From positions 20,460,001 to 20,524,000 of the forward strand of contig OZ024743.1 in NCBI GenBank assembly GCA_964016885.1: 64,000 nt of DNA, written 5' to 3'. Below, in pieces: positions 24,743-39,364 of the stretch. Under the pieces are notes generated by a model that did no database searches, was not told the DNA's origin, and was given only the letters and a program-made list of their open reading frames with translations. The position numbers were made by a program, and so were the translations under genes. Source of the DNA: Eledone cirrhosa. Its lineage: Eukaryota. Every line of letters begins with the position of its first letter. The first letter of the stretch is position 1.

Positions 24743-25330
24743 CATCATCATCATCATTTAAGGTCCACTTTCCCAGCTAGCAAGGGTTGGGCGATCTACA
24801 AAGACTAAGTCAGTTCTGAAGTAGAGCCACTGACATCTCAGACGGGCTGGGTAGGTGTGTATCCCACTTATCTACAGTCATTATTGAATGTGTGGATTGG
24901 CAGTATCGGTAGAGGGTCGGACGCCATGCTTTCCAGTATAGTTACGTCCCTTTACAGTCTGAGTTCAAATCCCGCCAAGGTTAACTTTGCTTTTCATCCT
25001 TACGGGGTCGATAAAATAAAGTACCAGTAATGGCCTTGTGCCAAAAGTGGAAACAATTATTGAGTGTTGAGGGGAAGTTGTGTCTTTTGACATAAACTGT
25101 AAGATCTTCCTAAGCCTTTGTTTGGCAAGCTTTCTATGGATGTATGTCCTTCCTATCACCAACCACTTTACATTGTTTACTGAGTGCATTTATCGAGTAG
25201 ATCACCAATACTAGAGTGGTTGTATCTTTGACACATTTGAAGGGTCCTTGGGGTGCCCCTCCTGTCGCTAACCACCCATATGGAGTGTACCGGGTGCATT
25301 TTCATGGCATCATTACTAGAGAAGTTGTTG
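24743..25330 (-). mobile_element. Old non-coding retroposon with an RTE-type tail, interrupted by a SINE
   Basis: (CAT)n tail, gctagcaagggttgg terminal motif, tttctatgg.tg.atgtccttccta block; similar to 39620-40020. Confidence 0.55.
24892..25060 (+). mobile_element. SINE family 1
   Basis: B box and central domain; flanked by attattga(a/g)tgt, an imperfect TSD. Confidence 0.85.
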
Positions 25331-28214
25331 GTCATAGACCCAACTGTAGAGCCCCCTCAGGTCTGGGTAGGGAGCAATAGGAGAGGGAGATAGGTATTAA
25401 GTTATAGGTGTTTTTGAGGATGGGTAGGGATGGCTGATTAGTGTATGGGAATGTAGTGGTGTGTGGGTTGTAAATATGGTGGAGTGAGGGATGTGTTCTA
25501 TAGAGAGGGTGTTGGTCATGGTTGAAAAATAGAAAAGGGGGTATGTAGGAAATATATTAGTTTAACATATGATATAGTAGGAAAAGTCTTAACGTTTTGG
25601 ACACTTGTGCTTCATCAGAAAATAGAATGAGAAATAGAAAGATAGATAGTGAGAAGAGCAAGATTTTGAAAAAAGTTTTTTTCAAGAATACAGAAAATTC
25701 CAGAATCATTTTAATCATATCAAATCTATTAATTGTGAAATTTTATACTACATTTCATCAATTTTTACTTGAAAGCCAAATAAAAAAAAAATTATTGTCA
25801 TTTACATATGTGATTGACTAATCAATTTTACATGGATTTGATGTGAAATAGTTCGATGTCTTGAAAAGTTAGTCAATTATTTGATATTCAATTGATATTG
25901 ATTATTAAGCATAATCAACTGTATTCAAAAACTGTATTTTATTAGTTATTGCATTGAATATAGATGCAGAGCAAGGATGATGCATATAAATATATAGGTA
26001 TTTTGTTGATTCTTAATTATTTTTGTTTATCTATCCTAGTGTGGCCGCTCAATTTCTGCAGTAATTTACAGGTTCTTACCTTATTGATATTTTCATATTT
26101 CATTTAAACTGGTTTATTTTGTTTACATTAATTATACTGTCTTTTAAATTACTTTACTTCTTTCTCAGTTGATGTGTGTCTTGGAAATGTATAGTGTTTT
26201 TAAGTTCTTTACTGATTCTATAGCCTATGCCGTAATTTGGCATAGTAGATATCTCCTACTAAAAAATTTTCAAGAAAACATCAGAGTTATTTCATTTAAA
26301 AGTTCTTTTATCTTTTTATTAGCATGGAAATTAAAATATTTCTTATTTTATGCATATTTTTACACAACCTTAGTAACTTATATATTTCTGAATATTCTAC
26401 TGTGTTTCCAATTAGATGTTTTCTTTCTATATTTTATGCTTCACATACAAAAGAAATCATACACATCTCTTTCAAAAAGAAATAAAGAAGTCTAATAAGA
26501 TCTATCTTTCAAAATCATTACATGAGATATTACAATTGAATTTGAAAATATATGATAGATATTTCAGAGAAGCTCATGGGTTTTTATAGGTTTCTATGCC
26601 ATGCGATAAGGGGAGTGTGATGTTTTAGGGGTGTCTCTCCATCAGTGGATGAAAATATGTTTTCATTGTTGTGGTGTGAATTACAAATGAGTTCTTTTGC
26701 GTTGGGCATTGTAGAAATAGTTATTTGCAGAATATAACATATGAAAAATAGTTTTTTTCACCCTTGTTTGCAATAATCTCACCTTATAATTTTTTAACTC
26801 TGTTTTTTGCTAAAAGGCACTTCTGCAGCCATATAAACTTTCTCAGTCGCTGTTTCAATATCAAAATCATTCTATATAGCTTCCAACTAAAATTCCATCT
26901 TTCATTGACCTCCAATTGTTATAATTCTTTTATCTCTACTTCCTTTCCCTCTAACAACCTAATTTCAATTTTCTCATTACTACCTAAAGCTCCTGGGATT
27001 TAAACTTATCAAAATTTTCAAAATTATTGTTCCTGAACTCTAGACTGTATTTTTTTTGTTTTTTGTTACCTATGACAAATATTGTTTGACAAGCCTAATA
27101 GTAAAAGATATTTTTCATTCACTTAGTATTGTTCATCAACCAAAGTGTATCTAATCAATTACGTTCTTCCTCTACCAAAGTACTGTTTATGGCATGACTT
27201 CACAGAGAATATTATGATTACTAAAGATTCTATATTTTCTCATTGCTACCTCAAATCTATGATATATAAGGAAAATGTTTTAGAAAACACGTTTCTTCTT
27301 TCAAGTTACACTGTGAAAATCAATCCTCATATTTTGATAATAATATCCATCATTAATAACAGAGAGGACATTTAAAATTGATTGCCTGATTGTTTTCCTG
27401 AAATTAGATACTATTTATTCAGATTGATGTTTAGGAATAATTTTGTTATATTTTCATTTGATTATTATGTGTATTTGTTATTCCTCTGACTTCTTATATT
27501 GAATTCCAATTCGTTATTAGTTGTGTACATTTGTAAACATATATTAAATAGTAAATATTTAATATGCATAGAATATCAAAGATAAATTTAATATAGATAT
27601 AACTACATTTTTATATTATAAACATCACTGTGAAAAGATTGGTGGTGTGTAGACATATTTATAAACTGTACACAGAAATTATATGAGATTACCTGTATGT
27701 ATTACAGAGATTTCGTATTGGAGATATGTCTACAAAGGTATCTTATTGGAGTTGCTATTATGTTGAGCTGTATGTAAAATTTAATATTTAATTTAAACGA
27801 CATGCTGTACGTTAATTTGGCAATATAATTAATTAAACACAATGTATGTTGAAAGAAAAATATATTGTATATATCTACAGTTTGTAAATTATTTCTAATA
27901 GTGCTGTTTAATTATGGTTCTGTAATCTTAGTTTTTCTTGACAATCATTGTATCTTGGATTTATTTCATTTTATAATAATTTCCATTCAATATATTTGTA
28001 CTTATTTATTTTAGGAGTTCTTATATTAATTATATATATTTGAAGATTATATCTTTAAAAATTGGTTTCAGGACTAGATAAATTATTTGGAGAAGTTTTA
28101 AGCATATAACTAAAAATAATAAATATACCATAATATTCAGATGTAAATTATGTATTTATGTATGAATGAAGCTCTAACTTAATTTTAATTATTTATATGC
28201 ATTTTTACTTTACC

Positions 28215-28920
28215 ATTCACAAATCCTGCAAGGCATTTGACCATGTCTGACATAAGAATTTTCTAGCTAATTTGCTCACCTTTAGGTTTCATTCATCTTA
28301 TATCTTGTATTGAAATATCCTATCCAATCATCACAGCACATGCAGTTGACATTTTATTTGAAATGTACTCTCAAGCCTAGGGTCCTCCCACACTCTTCCT
28401 CATATATTAATAACATAAATAATGTCATCGTAAACAACAATCATTCCTATGCAGACCATATCTTTCCACGTAACCTTTCCCACACAGGTATCATCAGCCA
28501 TTTGCCCCTCATATAAAATCTCTACTGCCTTCATAAACAGAGACTGTGAAAACATTATCTCCAATTGAGACATAACATTCTTGTCTCAATTACTGCACAT
28601 ATTAAGAAAACAATTGTTTACCTAACATACTGGAAGTCTTTCACAATATGTAAATAAAATCCCTCCAAAGTCACTACAAATACTAGATCCCACATTCTCT
28701 AATGAAATCTCCCAGTGACTTCATCTTCTCAAACACCTCACAAAAATTGCATACTAAAGACCAGTCATCCTCTTCAGGACCAGAAAATACTTTAAAAATG
28801 ACTACACAAGCTCATCTGAAAGACAATGAAATACTGCTCCCACATTGGAAAGGTGCCATTGCTATATGCACAGACATCTTAGACAATATTCAATAATGGT
28901 TTCTGTTCCTTTGGAGCTTG
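28215..28920 (+). mobile_element. Highly decayed CR1/Jockey-group LINE RT fragment
   Basis: KAFDHV*HKNFLANL, FLIY and HSYAD occur in the expected order. Confidence 0.55.
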
Positions 28921-31900
28921 TTAGTTGCATACCTTCTCTACTCAGATTCATTCAACACATGCCCTTTATATAGTCCCCCCCCCCTCCTTGTTGCTTCTAT
29001 ACTAACCATTATAACTAGTCCTTCCATCCTTGAGTGACAAATAACTATAGTTCCTTTCCTGCCCATATTTTCCTTGCAGTCATTGATTTGCAGATGTTCA
29101 ATTGATTTGCAGGACTGTTAAAGGCACTATAACTTATAAACATACAATTCAATGCTACAACCAGATGGCATTTATTTTTATTTATTTATTTACTTTGTAT
29201 CAGTTGACATCACTGATTAATCTTGTATGTCTATTCTTCTGATACTGTGTATAAATTTACTTTGTGAATTTTCCTTTGTGATATCTGTTCATACATGCAT
29301 TACATATGGACAGCACTTAATGATGTTTTGAATGTTTAACAGAAGTCATGATAATCAGACAGATTTTAACACCAGCGACTCTACTAAAATCATCTCAAAT
29401 TATAGCATCATAAGCTTCTTCAGCATTATTTCAAGAGAAAGATTTAGAGCATATATTTATGGTTATATATACAAATTAATGATACAAACAACATTATGAT
29501 TTACATATAGATAAAACTTATTGACTATGATGTAAGAGCAGTTGCATCCTGAAATATAATAATCATACAAATATGCATTTCAAGAGATATGGTTCAGTTA
29601 TCAATGTAACCATCACAACAAAGGTCTTAATGAAATGAAAACACCTCAGGCCACTCAATCTCACATAAGAATAGGTGCAAGTAATTAGGATATGAATGTA
29701 TTTAGTCCTGTCTAAAAGCAAGTAAAAATCTACCACATAATTATATTCTATATTTATTACTCTAATCCTTAGATATAAAGGGACTGGCATTAGGAGGTGC
29801 ATTCAGCCATAGAAACCAAGCAAAAAATGGAGTTTATGAACAAGATGTAAAACGTTAGATATTGATGATGATTGCATTACATTTCCCTGTTGTATTCATA
29901 TGTTCATTGGTTTAAAACTGTTATTGGATTGACTCTGAGATTCAAATTGGATTAACTAATGTAACCATAATAATAAACACAGAATTAAACAAGCAAAAAT
30001 TTAATATTACCTTCTGAAATTATAGAACAAAAAATAACCCTGTAAATAGTTGATTAGATCGTCTTTATTGCTTTAAAACTTTAAGCATTCCTTTGAAGCC
30101 CTCAAACATCCTCTTTATCATTATAAAACTGAGTTACAATTGCCTGAATTCTGTTCCTTCAGTTTAGAAGTTATGTATCATTTTTAACTGCACTCCTAAG
30201 CAGTGAATCCAGATCACATCAATTCCTCTGCTATTTAACCATGCATAACTAAGACTGTCAATTACCCTAATTTGAATATAAATAAATTTACCCCAATCCA
30301 AGGTTGTTCATGAGTACAATTTAATGCAAAAGCTGCCAATCCTAGAAGGTAACATTTATGGCAGAGGCCTGTCAATGGGGAACTCATTCCACATGATATC
30401 AAGGTATGATATATACATATGTAATAGAGAGAGTCAATTGTCTATATCTAGCATAAACAATTCTGCTTCAATAAAAAAATTATCCACAAACAAGATTAAA
30501 GGCAATAATAGCTGGCCCCAAAAGGGTTTGAGATGAAGTTACTTTTTTTTTTTTTAAAATCAACCGATTTAGGACCAACCTTCACTTGAGTACTGCTCTT
30601 CAAGAAATACAGCAAAACTTTACTGTTCAATAATTTTAAACTACACACAATTATTTATGGAACCGTTCTCTATTTTTTTGTTACAGAGTTTATTTATATC
30701 TGTATTTAAGTGTATATGCCTCCTATGTCAGAATCATGTCCTTTGTATTCTCTTATATTGTTCCTAAATTCATTTGTAGTTAAATGTTAATATATCAAAC
30801 ACATCTCTTCTATTAGATATCTAATCTGTTTTTGCTAACATCCTCTTCAACTTTTAACATATATTTTGCCATAGTTCTGTGGTTTAGATGTACTTTCATG
30901 TACTTTGAATTATAAGTAAATCATTATAATGACATAAGTGAATTTAAGAGAATGTTTAAATGAGAGAGCTTTTCATAACTGGATGTTTTTGCTAATTATA
31001 TCTCAAGCAACTCTTATTAATTTCAAAAGTTCATTCAAAATTTTATCTCTTGATTTCATTTACATCTATTATAGAATCTTAATATAGTTCTAAATTGTAT
31101 TTAAATGTTTTGCTTTGCTTCTACATTTTCCTTACTTTTGTCATTAATCAATGATATATTCAACAATGCATAGCTTTAATTAAATAGAATATCATCCAAA
31201 CTTTGATATTGAGTTCAAGCCTTACTTTTATCTTTAACCTCAGAGATAGTAATTGAACTTTCAAAGTGTAATAATTGAAGTGAATACCATATGTCATTGG
31301 TATTTAATGTTTAAAAAAATGGAAAATAAAAATCACCAAACTTTATAACAATCTTAATTAAATATACCGTTTGATTTTAAATATTTTAGAATATCTATAT
31401 TCTCTATTTTAAGATCTGTATGAAATGTACTTAGTGTATTTATCTTTATTACATTCATACTGAAATGGCAATGCTGATGGTCTGGTATATTTTAAAATCA
31501 TTTTTATGGATCAAAAATATTTTATCACATTTATAAATGAATTTGTTTATAATATACAAACAACAAGCAAATTACAAATGAATGAACGAAAGCATCTAGC
31601 TTCCTCATCAGCCATTCCCTGGGCAATGCAATATCGTACATAAGAGTATTATCCGTATATTAGTCTCATTGAATTAAATATACTGTAAAATCAAATACGT
31701 TTGGACAGATTCATATCATTCACATGTGGAAAATGTAGTTTTTCCTTTTTTATACTTTTCATACATTAGTATATACATTAGAAAACACACAAACACACAC
31801 ACACACACTCTCTCTCTTTCTCTGTATCATATCCAAATCAATCCTATTGGAGGAGCCTCTCTCTGGTTGACCCCCACCGCTTTCTTTGATTTTGGTTTTG

Positions 31901-32789
31901 GTGATGACATGGATACAGCCATACTGGCCATGCTCGGTCAGTTGCGGGTTGGTGAGGTTATTTAACCTATAGTTGGGGTGGGTGGCCTTTGACTGAGGAG
32001 TTTATCCGTTCTTTTAACAACTCTTGCTTTTGTGCTGCTGGGGTTCCGCTTAACTTCCTCACCAGACAGTGTTATATAGATATAGATATATAACACTGTT
32101 TGCATGTCTGTCTCGTCTTTCCTTTAGTAAATGTTGAATTAAATAAAATAAACTGAAAAATCAAATATGTTGGTGCTAGTTCATTTCATTTACAAATGAA
32201 AGATGTAGTTCTCCTTTTCATACTTTTGTATACAGTGGCTAGCAGAAAACTGCACAGAAATGGTGTTTCTACTAGTATATTCATAATACTGTTATGCATT
32301 AATTAGGTGTGAATGCTTCTCATAAAGTAATGCATATTTTAATGAAGAGAGTCTAAGGCTCATTTTAACAGCATAATTCCTGATCGAAGCCTATGGACTG
32401 AGGTCTCTCTATTTTGGAGATTCTATCATCTTTGCCATTTTCCTCCTCTCCTCTTCCATTCCAGCAAGTGTTTGGGAAATGGTAAAATATTTTTCCTTAC
32501 ATTTTCATGTTGACTAATCTCATGTTTTCTTGGTTTATTTAATTACTTCCTACCAAGTTTTCTTTAATCTTCTTCTATCATGATTAACTATTAAGAGCAA
32601 CCCACAGGACTTATTCACTCAGAGTGTATCATTCATAGTAAATATTTGTCCTGTATGAATAAATTAACAACTTTGAAGTCCAATTATATTGTCAATCTAT
32701 TGCACATGTAACAAGCCATTCTCTACATATTCTTTGATAATTGATCATTAATTCATTTGATACTAATCTACATGAGAGTGTCTCATATT

Positions 32790-33690
32790 TTTGTAGATCT
32801 GCAATCTGGTCTTGGACAGAGTTCCCTTATCTGGCAGTCCTTAAGGGAACTGAATGTAGATGAGTAGCTTGTGAGATCAGTGCAAGCCATATACAGAGGT
32901 CCTCTCAGTAAAGTGAGAGTAGGACATAAATGAGTTTAATGAAGAATTTGATGTGCAGGCGAGTGTGTACCAACGCTCAATCCTCAGCCCTCTCTTGTTT
33001 ATTATTGCTTTTGAGGTTATAACAAAGATGTTTAAGGCTGGTTGCCCATGGGAACCTGTACACTGATGACCTGGGTTTTATAGTTGAATCTGTGAAAGCC
33101 TTGAGAGGAAATTCCTGTTGTGGAAATAAAATATAGTATTGAAAGGGCTCAGAGTAAAGATAACATAAACCAAAGTTCTAGTAAGTAATAAAGAGAACAA
33201 AACTGTGATTCTATCAATGAAGTGTCTATGGTCAATATGTAGAAAATAAGTGTGTAGGAACTTTATATGACATACCCAATGGAAGTTCTGTGTACATAAG
33301 AGCTATGATGAGATGGTAGTTCAAGTAATAGAAAATATTGACTTTGTATATGATAAAGCATGGGAATAGTGGCCAGTAAAAGCAGCAGTAAAAAGAAACT
33401 TTTTCCAAGCCCAGGAAGGTACTTCATAGTTTCTTTTACTTAGGTAACCTAATTAGCAGTGGAGGATGTTGCTAGAAAAAAAATTGAGAACTACTATCTC
33501 TGCAGAAAACAAAGGGATTTTTCTATGAGTGAAGTGTAGATTATATGTGCCTGTATTAGAAACGAGATGTTCATTGGCAGTAAATATAGAAACATGGAGG
33601 CTAGAGAGAAATGAAGCAAGCAGGAATGACATGGAATGGATGAATTGAGATCAGCTGTACTATGCAAGAAAGAAGTCTGTGATGGTATAG
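32790..33690 (+). mobile_element. Old decayed copy of the RTE A/B/C group
   Basis: Collinear similarity to B1: LIW, VDE*LV..VQAIY, ILSPLLFIIA, GCPWE, DDL, and remnants of the PHD region. Confidence 0.8.
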
Positions 33691-33758
33691 ACATGTGATA
33701 TATATGTGCATATATTATATATATATATATAATATATATTTATATATTATATATATAT

Positions 33759-34193
33759 GGAGGCACATGGCTTAGTGGTTAGAGCATTGGCCTTGCAATC
33801 GAAAGTTTGTGAGTTCAATTCTCAGACCGGGTGATGTTGTTTCCTTGAGCAAGACACTTTATTTCACATTGCTCCAGTTTACTCAGCTGTGGAAAGGAGA
33901 TGATAGGACTGGGTACCCTATCATTCCACTGCAAAGTGGTCGTGGAGGTTCCACGGCAAAAAAGCACCCACCCCACACTGTAAAGTGGACGTGTAGGTGC
34001 CACGGAAAAAAAGCACCCAGCACACACTGTAAATGAAGTTGGTGTTAGGAAGGGCATCCAGCTGTAGAAATCACGCCAGAATCAGTTCCCGTATGAGCAA
34101 GACATTGTCAGCCGACCGGGCACTGCCCACAACAGGACAACCCGTCTAACCCATGCTAGCATAGAAGAATGGACGTAAAATGGTGATGATGAT
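33759..34193 (+). mobile_element. SINE family 2 (tRNA head, CORE-like centre), full length, RTE-A tail
   Basis: A box TGGCTTAGTGG 33768-33778; B box GAGTTCAATTC 33811-33821; TCCTTGAGCAAGACACTT core; the 3' ~260 bp match the RTE-A 3' UTR; (TGA)n tail; TA-rich flanks. Confidence 0.9.
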
Positions 34194-37100
34194 TATATAT
34201 GTATATATATATTATATATGTATATTATATTATAGATATGTACGATGTTGAATTACATAAAGGTTTTTTTCTCTATTTCATGAGTTATTAAAACTTGTGC
34301 TTTCAGTATTAAGTATACACGTTTATTAAAAGAAATTATCTATTTTGTCTATTAAGGTATCTATGCAGTTAATGGCCCTCACTTCATGGTTTTTCACACT
34401 ATTTGCTGTTTAGTGTACATAGCACAACCTAGATTGGTGTTTTATTTTGGTCTACTGGGTTTTTATATACTTTCTTACTGTTACTTAATTTTCATCACTA
34501 CGCTTGGTTTTAGTGGATAAACATTAATGTCTAGTACTTTGGTCATGTGCAAGTTTGCTTTTTACTCTAGCAGCATTTCAGTTGGTTTTGTTGAGAGATT
34601 GTGAATCGTTTATTTAGAACATGCAATACATCCCCCCCCCCCCTTTCTTCATTCTAATCTATACTAGCATTATTAATATAAAATAATATAAACCATTTAA
34701 TTCATTTGTGAGTGGTTGAGTAAAGAACATATAAATCCATTACTTTGTCTTTTCTCCTTAACAGAACAAAACTGAAATAATTCTCAGTTCAATCTAATTG
34801 ATAGTGACCAGTTTGCTATCTAGATTTCCTATGTTACATATAGAAAATGACATGAACTCCATGGAACATCACTGCATGTGTAATCATAGTAAAATACACT
34901 AATTCATCAGTTTTAATATTTCTCAATATGAATGTCAAAATTACTGGATAAATTAATGTGGCAATTGTATAACTTTTAGTTGGATCTCATCTAAGTCCCA
35001 GAAACCTGTTTTTATTATTCAAATATTTGCTAAAATTTTATCTATATTCTGTGTTCTAGAATAATTACATCTAGCAGAGTGCTTGTTTCTATTTTGTATA
35101 TAATCTGACAAATATATGCCCTTATCCTATCCCTTGCATGCACCACATATTACCTCACCTATGTTTACAGATTTGGTCATTGCTTCTAACTGCCCCTACA
35201 ATAATATCAAATATCTTGAGATAAGAAAAATCATAGCTGCTTGGTGACATTTGAGTTTTCTGTGACATTTGCTATCACATGCAACAAGAAAATAACGTTT
35301 GTATGGCATTGTAGGGGCATCGTTGGTGATACACAGAATGTCTTAGGCAGTTCTGTGAACTCTACTGATGTGATAAAATTGGTTGTAATTCTTTTTACTA
35401 CCACCAGTATAGATACCTATCCATTGGAGTTGGCTGATCTTGTATCACTTCCACTCAAACACTCCTAACTCATTCATCAATCCTCTTTTCATCACTTACA
35501 CTGTTTCTACCCTCGATATTTCTCCTCAAGACTTTTCCCATCTGGAATTCCTTGTTTTTTTTTGCAGTCATTGACTAGAAAACTGTTTAAGAGAAACATT
35601 AACTATATCAATTTAAATTGTCCTGATGGGCCTTCAAAAGCTATGGACACAACCCTTTCCTCCAGATCAAATAAATTATTTAAAATTATGTAATTTGTGT
35701 ATTGTACAGTGTGAACTCATGCCCATACATGCAATAGTGCAGCAACCAGTAATATCACATTTATAAATTATGTTAAAACAAAATCAATTTGATTTGTAAT
35801 GTTTTTAAAGGTTTGAAAATAATCTATATATTGTGTGTTATAGAAAAAACATTGTTAGGTATTTGTGGAAACTATCTTTATTTTGAAAATTACAAAAGAT
35901 TTTAACATTTGACTACTTCTACTTTCAATTCATTCTGGTATTTTGAAAAGAAATAAAAAAAAGAAATAAAAAATGCAAATTTCTCATAAATTAACAGCTC
36001 TTAAGTAAAAATGAAAGTGTTAATTACATAAAATTCTATATAAGGTAATTGCACAAGAGAAGTATGACTTAGAGAAAATGTACAATAACTATCAGTGTTT
36101 ACAATATTTTTGTTTTACAAACATATTCATCAATAAATATAAAGATAATTACATTAAGAATAAATTTATATAAAATAAATGATAAAACCTGAAAAATATT
36201 TTGAAAACCTGATTGCTTTAAAAAAATATGCTGCCATATATTTGGCATTTCTAAATCAAGCATAGTTATTACAGAGAAAGAATGGTATGAATTTACTTCT
36301 GAAAACACGGAAAGTATTTTCTTTCCCTTTCATACAACTTCATATTCAAAACTTTTATGGAAAAATAATTTTTATATTACTGGAACCTACATAGGTAATT
36401 GAGTGCAAATGCAAATATATTTACAAAATTTCATGACATTTTCAAGATTAATAAAATATATAACACATAAAGAAATAATAGCTAATGTTATTGCAAGTAG
36501 CAATTTGAAATATCCAATATTCCTTTTATCTTTTATATGATTACTATTTGTAGATGTTTTTTATTATTTTTAAGAAATGGGATGACACAATTGTTATTTT
36601 TTATTGTTTTGAGTTTAGTTTTATAGCACTTGGCTCCATTACCATCCTCTTTGCCAACTAAATTATTATTATTTTAGTGTCTTTTTCAAAGAAAGCTTTG
36701 GTTAGATGGTTATCCATATCCCAATATTTCCTGACTTGGTGCATATCTGTGTCACTTTTACTAAATCAAATAAAATTGGGAATTTCATTGATATTTTCAA
36801 TATTTGGTTTTAAAATTAGACTTGCCTTAGAATTTCAAATTCAATGTTAAAATTATTGGTTGTATCTATTGGCACTTTCTCAGGAAAGTAATCATTTGCA
36901 GATTCTTGTCTTTATTTCATTGCGGAGTCGTTATTCATGCTTTGGTAACTGCATATACATAATTCTTTCTGTTGACAGCAGACTATATATTTATATGTCT
37001 TTTTCTGTATCTTCTTAAATCATATTTTAGTGTTGATTTTCAAACTTTTATTATTATTAAATTGGTTTTATAAGCTCCAGATCAATACCATACTAAAACC

Positions 37101-37929
37101 CCAAGGGTATACATTTAAAATCTCTGGTTTGCTGGATTGAAGATTTTAAGTTAAATGAAGTTTGCTGAAATCGACAATCATGGATTAGAGTATATTATTT
37201 TGAAATGTACTAATATAATTCCCAGACAGTAAATATTGTGCAGTTATTCATAAACTACATTTTTGTTTTTGCTTCCTATCAACTCTCTTGTTGTTTTCTG
37301 TTCCCAGAAATGTTGCTATAAACAGAAATTGTTTGTGATGAAATTATGGAGATGAGTTACAGATAAAATTCTATAATCAATTCTATTCTGTTTATTAACA
37401 CCAACATTTTCTTCAAATTTTATGATTTGATATAACACAGTGGGTGTAATATGAAGGAATAAAGCTGCTAACATATTAAATTTAGATGTTGAGAAGTATC
37501 AATAATAATGTCAAATGTGTTTATCTTATATTTAATAACTCCTGTTCAAATTATTTAGAATTGCTTTGTATATATTGATTAATTACATAAAGCTGTGAAA
37601 GACCAGTTTTATTTTGGAAGAAATATTCATAATTTACTGCACTTCATAGATCCAAAATTTTACTGGCATCATCGTATGCTCGCATGCAATGCATGTGCGC
37701 ACGCACACACACACAATCATATATAATCTGTTTTTAGCATTTATTAATCCCGTTCACAATGCACAAAGTTTATATTATAAATGCTCTTTCTTAACTCAAT
37801 TAAATAAATCTATTTAAAAATCATAAATTTTATTATATAAATCCATAATTTTCTTTTAATTACTATATTTATCTATTTAGATTATTGTCACAGTTTACCT
37901 TAAAACTTGTTTCATCTATTTGTGGCACA

Positions 37930-38100
37930 TGTATTGTTGTTGAGCTTCAGGTCAGCTCTGATTAAGCAGGCCTGTAATCAAATTGTAATCAAGAACCACA
38001 TTGTCCAATCCAAGTGTTCTTTTTTATACATGGTAGGATGTAGCTTGAAGGATATTAGACTGCTGTTTCTTGCAGGTTGAACAACCACATAGAATCCCTC
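37930..38100 (-). repeat. Old dispersed repeat (other copies at ~49050-49195 and ~50465-50685 on the plus strand)
   Basis: Shared blocks gaaatagc..c.aaat.t.cctcaa..ctaccat..cattgga and gatcagg/gctgacc near an AAC-rich end. Confidence 0.5.
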
Positions 38101-38399
38101 ATTAACTACAGTGTTTGTGGTTTTATGTTTGAGTGATTTATTTCATTGTTATCACATATTTTACGAGATCAATATTTCTTAATGCAGTATGTGTGTGTGT
38201 ATGAGGGGGGGGGGGTGTCCATACATTCATGTGGATAAACAAATATGATGATGAACAATACTAGACAGAACTGACAGCCAAGTAACTTCTTTGACTCTTA
38301 TTTTTTTTTACAAGTTTTAGTCATTGGACTGTCACCATGCATTTTAAATTTCACAGTGAACTAGTTGGTAAATCTCTCTTTCCCTTTCTGACTTGCATA

Positions 38400-38790
38400 T
38401 CTCTTACCATTACTCTGCCCGAGTTTTCTAGCTGACCACCAGATTATTGAGCATGGTATCTTGCTAAAGACCTTTTCCTATTAACAAAAATAATGGTATA
38501 AGGGTTTGCTTTTGGCTAAAAAACTTCTGTTATAGCTGCTTCATTAAGAGGAATAGATCAGAGGTACCATGGCATGGCACAAACCCAAACTGTACTTCAT
38601 GTAAGCTAGTTCTTTACTGGTTTCCCTGCTTCACCACTTTTCCAAAAGTTGGTTCCTCTCCCTTTGTAAGCCCTCTTTTTCTGACACATTCCCTCTCATT
38701 CAGAAATTTGGTTGTAGTATTTCCATGGTTCTTCTCAGCATTGCAGAATTTATGTGTTGCTATCATTATATATACACTATTCATCATCAT
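38400..38790 (-). mobile_element. Decayed RTE RT fragment
   Basis: Minus strand gives EVQFGFVPCHGTSDLF at ~38548-38598. Confidence 0.5.
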
Positions 38791-39005
38791 TATCCTGATT
38801 TAAACTTAGAAAATTAGAAAATGTCAAGCAAATTAAGGCTGAATGTTTTTAGCACATTCATTTATTCTAAGAATAGAGTATATTTTCTATTGATTGAAAA
38901 AGTCAAGAACAAAAATTAGCTAAACTTTAAACCCTGCACACAGCACTCGTCAGAGTAGAGCTGTTAAAATAAATTTATGTTTATGCTAGTGAATGTGCAG
39001 ATGGA

Positions 39006-39364
39006 GTTATCTTATTTCTAATTAAAGATACTGCTTATGGCTTTCAAATAATTCTGGAAATAATTAACGATTTGGAGGGATTTATGATATAACTAACATT
39101 CTCATGATTAATCTGTTGTTTTTTGGGGGAACAGAACAAATATTCTTACATAAAATTATGATGGAAGATTTTTAGATAAATTGTATGAGCAAGACAATTT
39201 TAGCTGACTGGACACTGCTCACAACAGGACAACCCGTCTAACCCATGCTAGCATGGAAGAACGGACGTAAAACGCTGATGATGATGATGATGATAATCTC
39301 TTTAAAACAAATCCATATCATCACACCAGAGGCAGTTTCAGCAGTTTGGTATCAAAAAGGTTAA
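39006..39364 (+). mobile_element. TTAA MITE copy carrying an inserted RTE-A 3' tail (39185-39294)
   Basis: Ends ggtatcaaaaaggTTAA; internal acaacaggacaacccgtctaacccatgctagc...(tga)n. Confidence 0.65.

Noticed and set aside
31950-32064. HDV-like ribozyme suggested by the GGTGAGG/CCTCACC pairing
   Set aside because: I could not place P3/L3, P1.1 or the catalytic J4/2 on either strand. I also found no HDV-like fold in the RTE-B 5' UTR.
33759-33830. tRNA gene
   Set aside because: A and B boxes are present, but I see no cloverleaf and the sequence runs into a SINE body and LINE-type tail.
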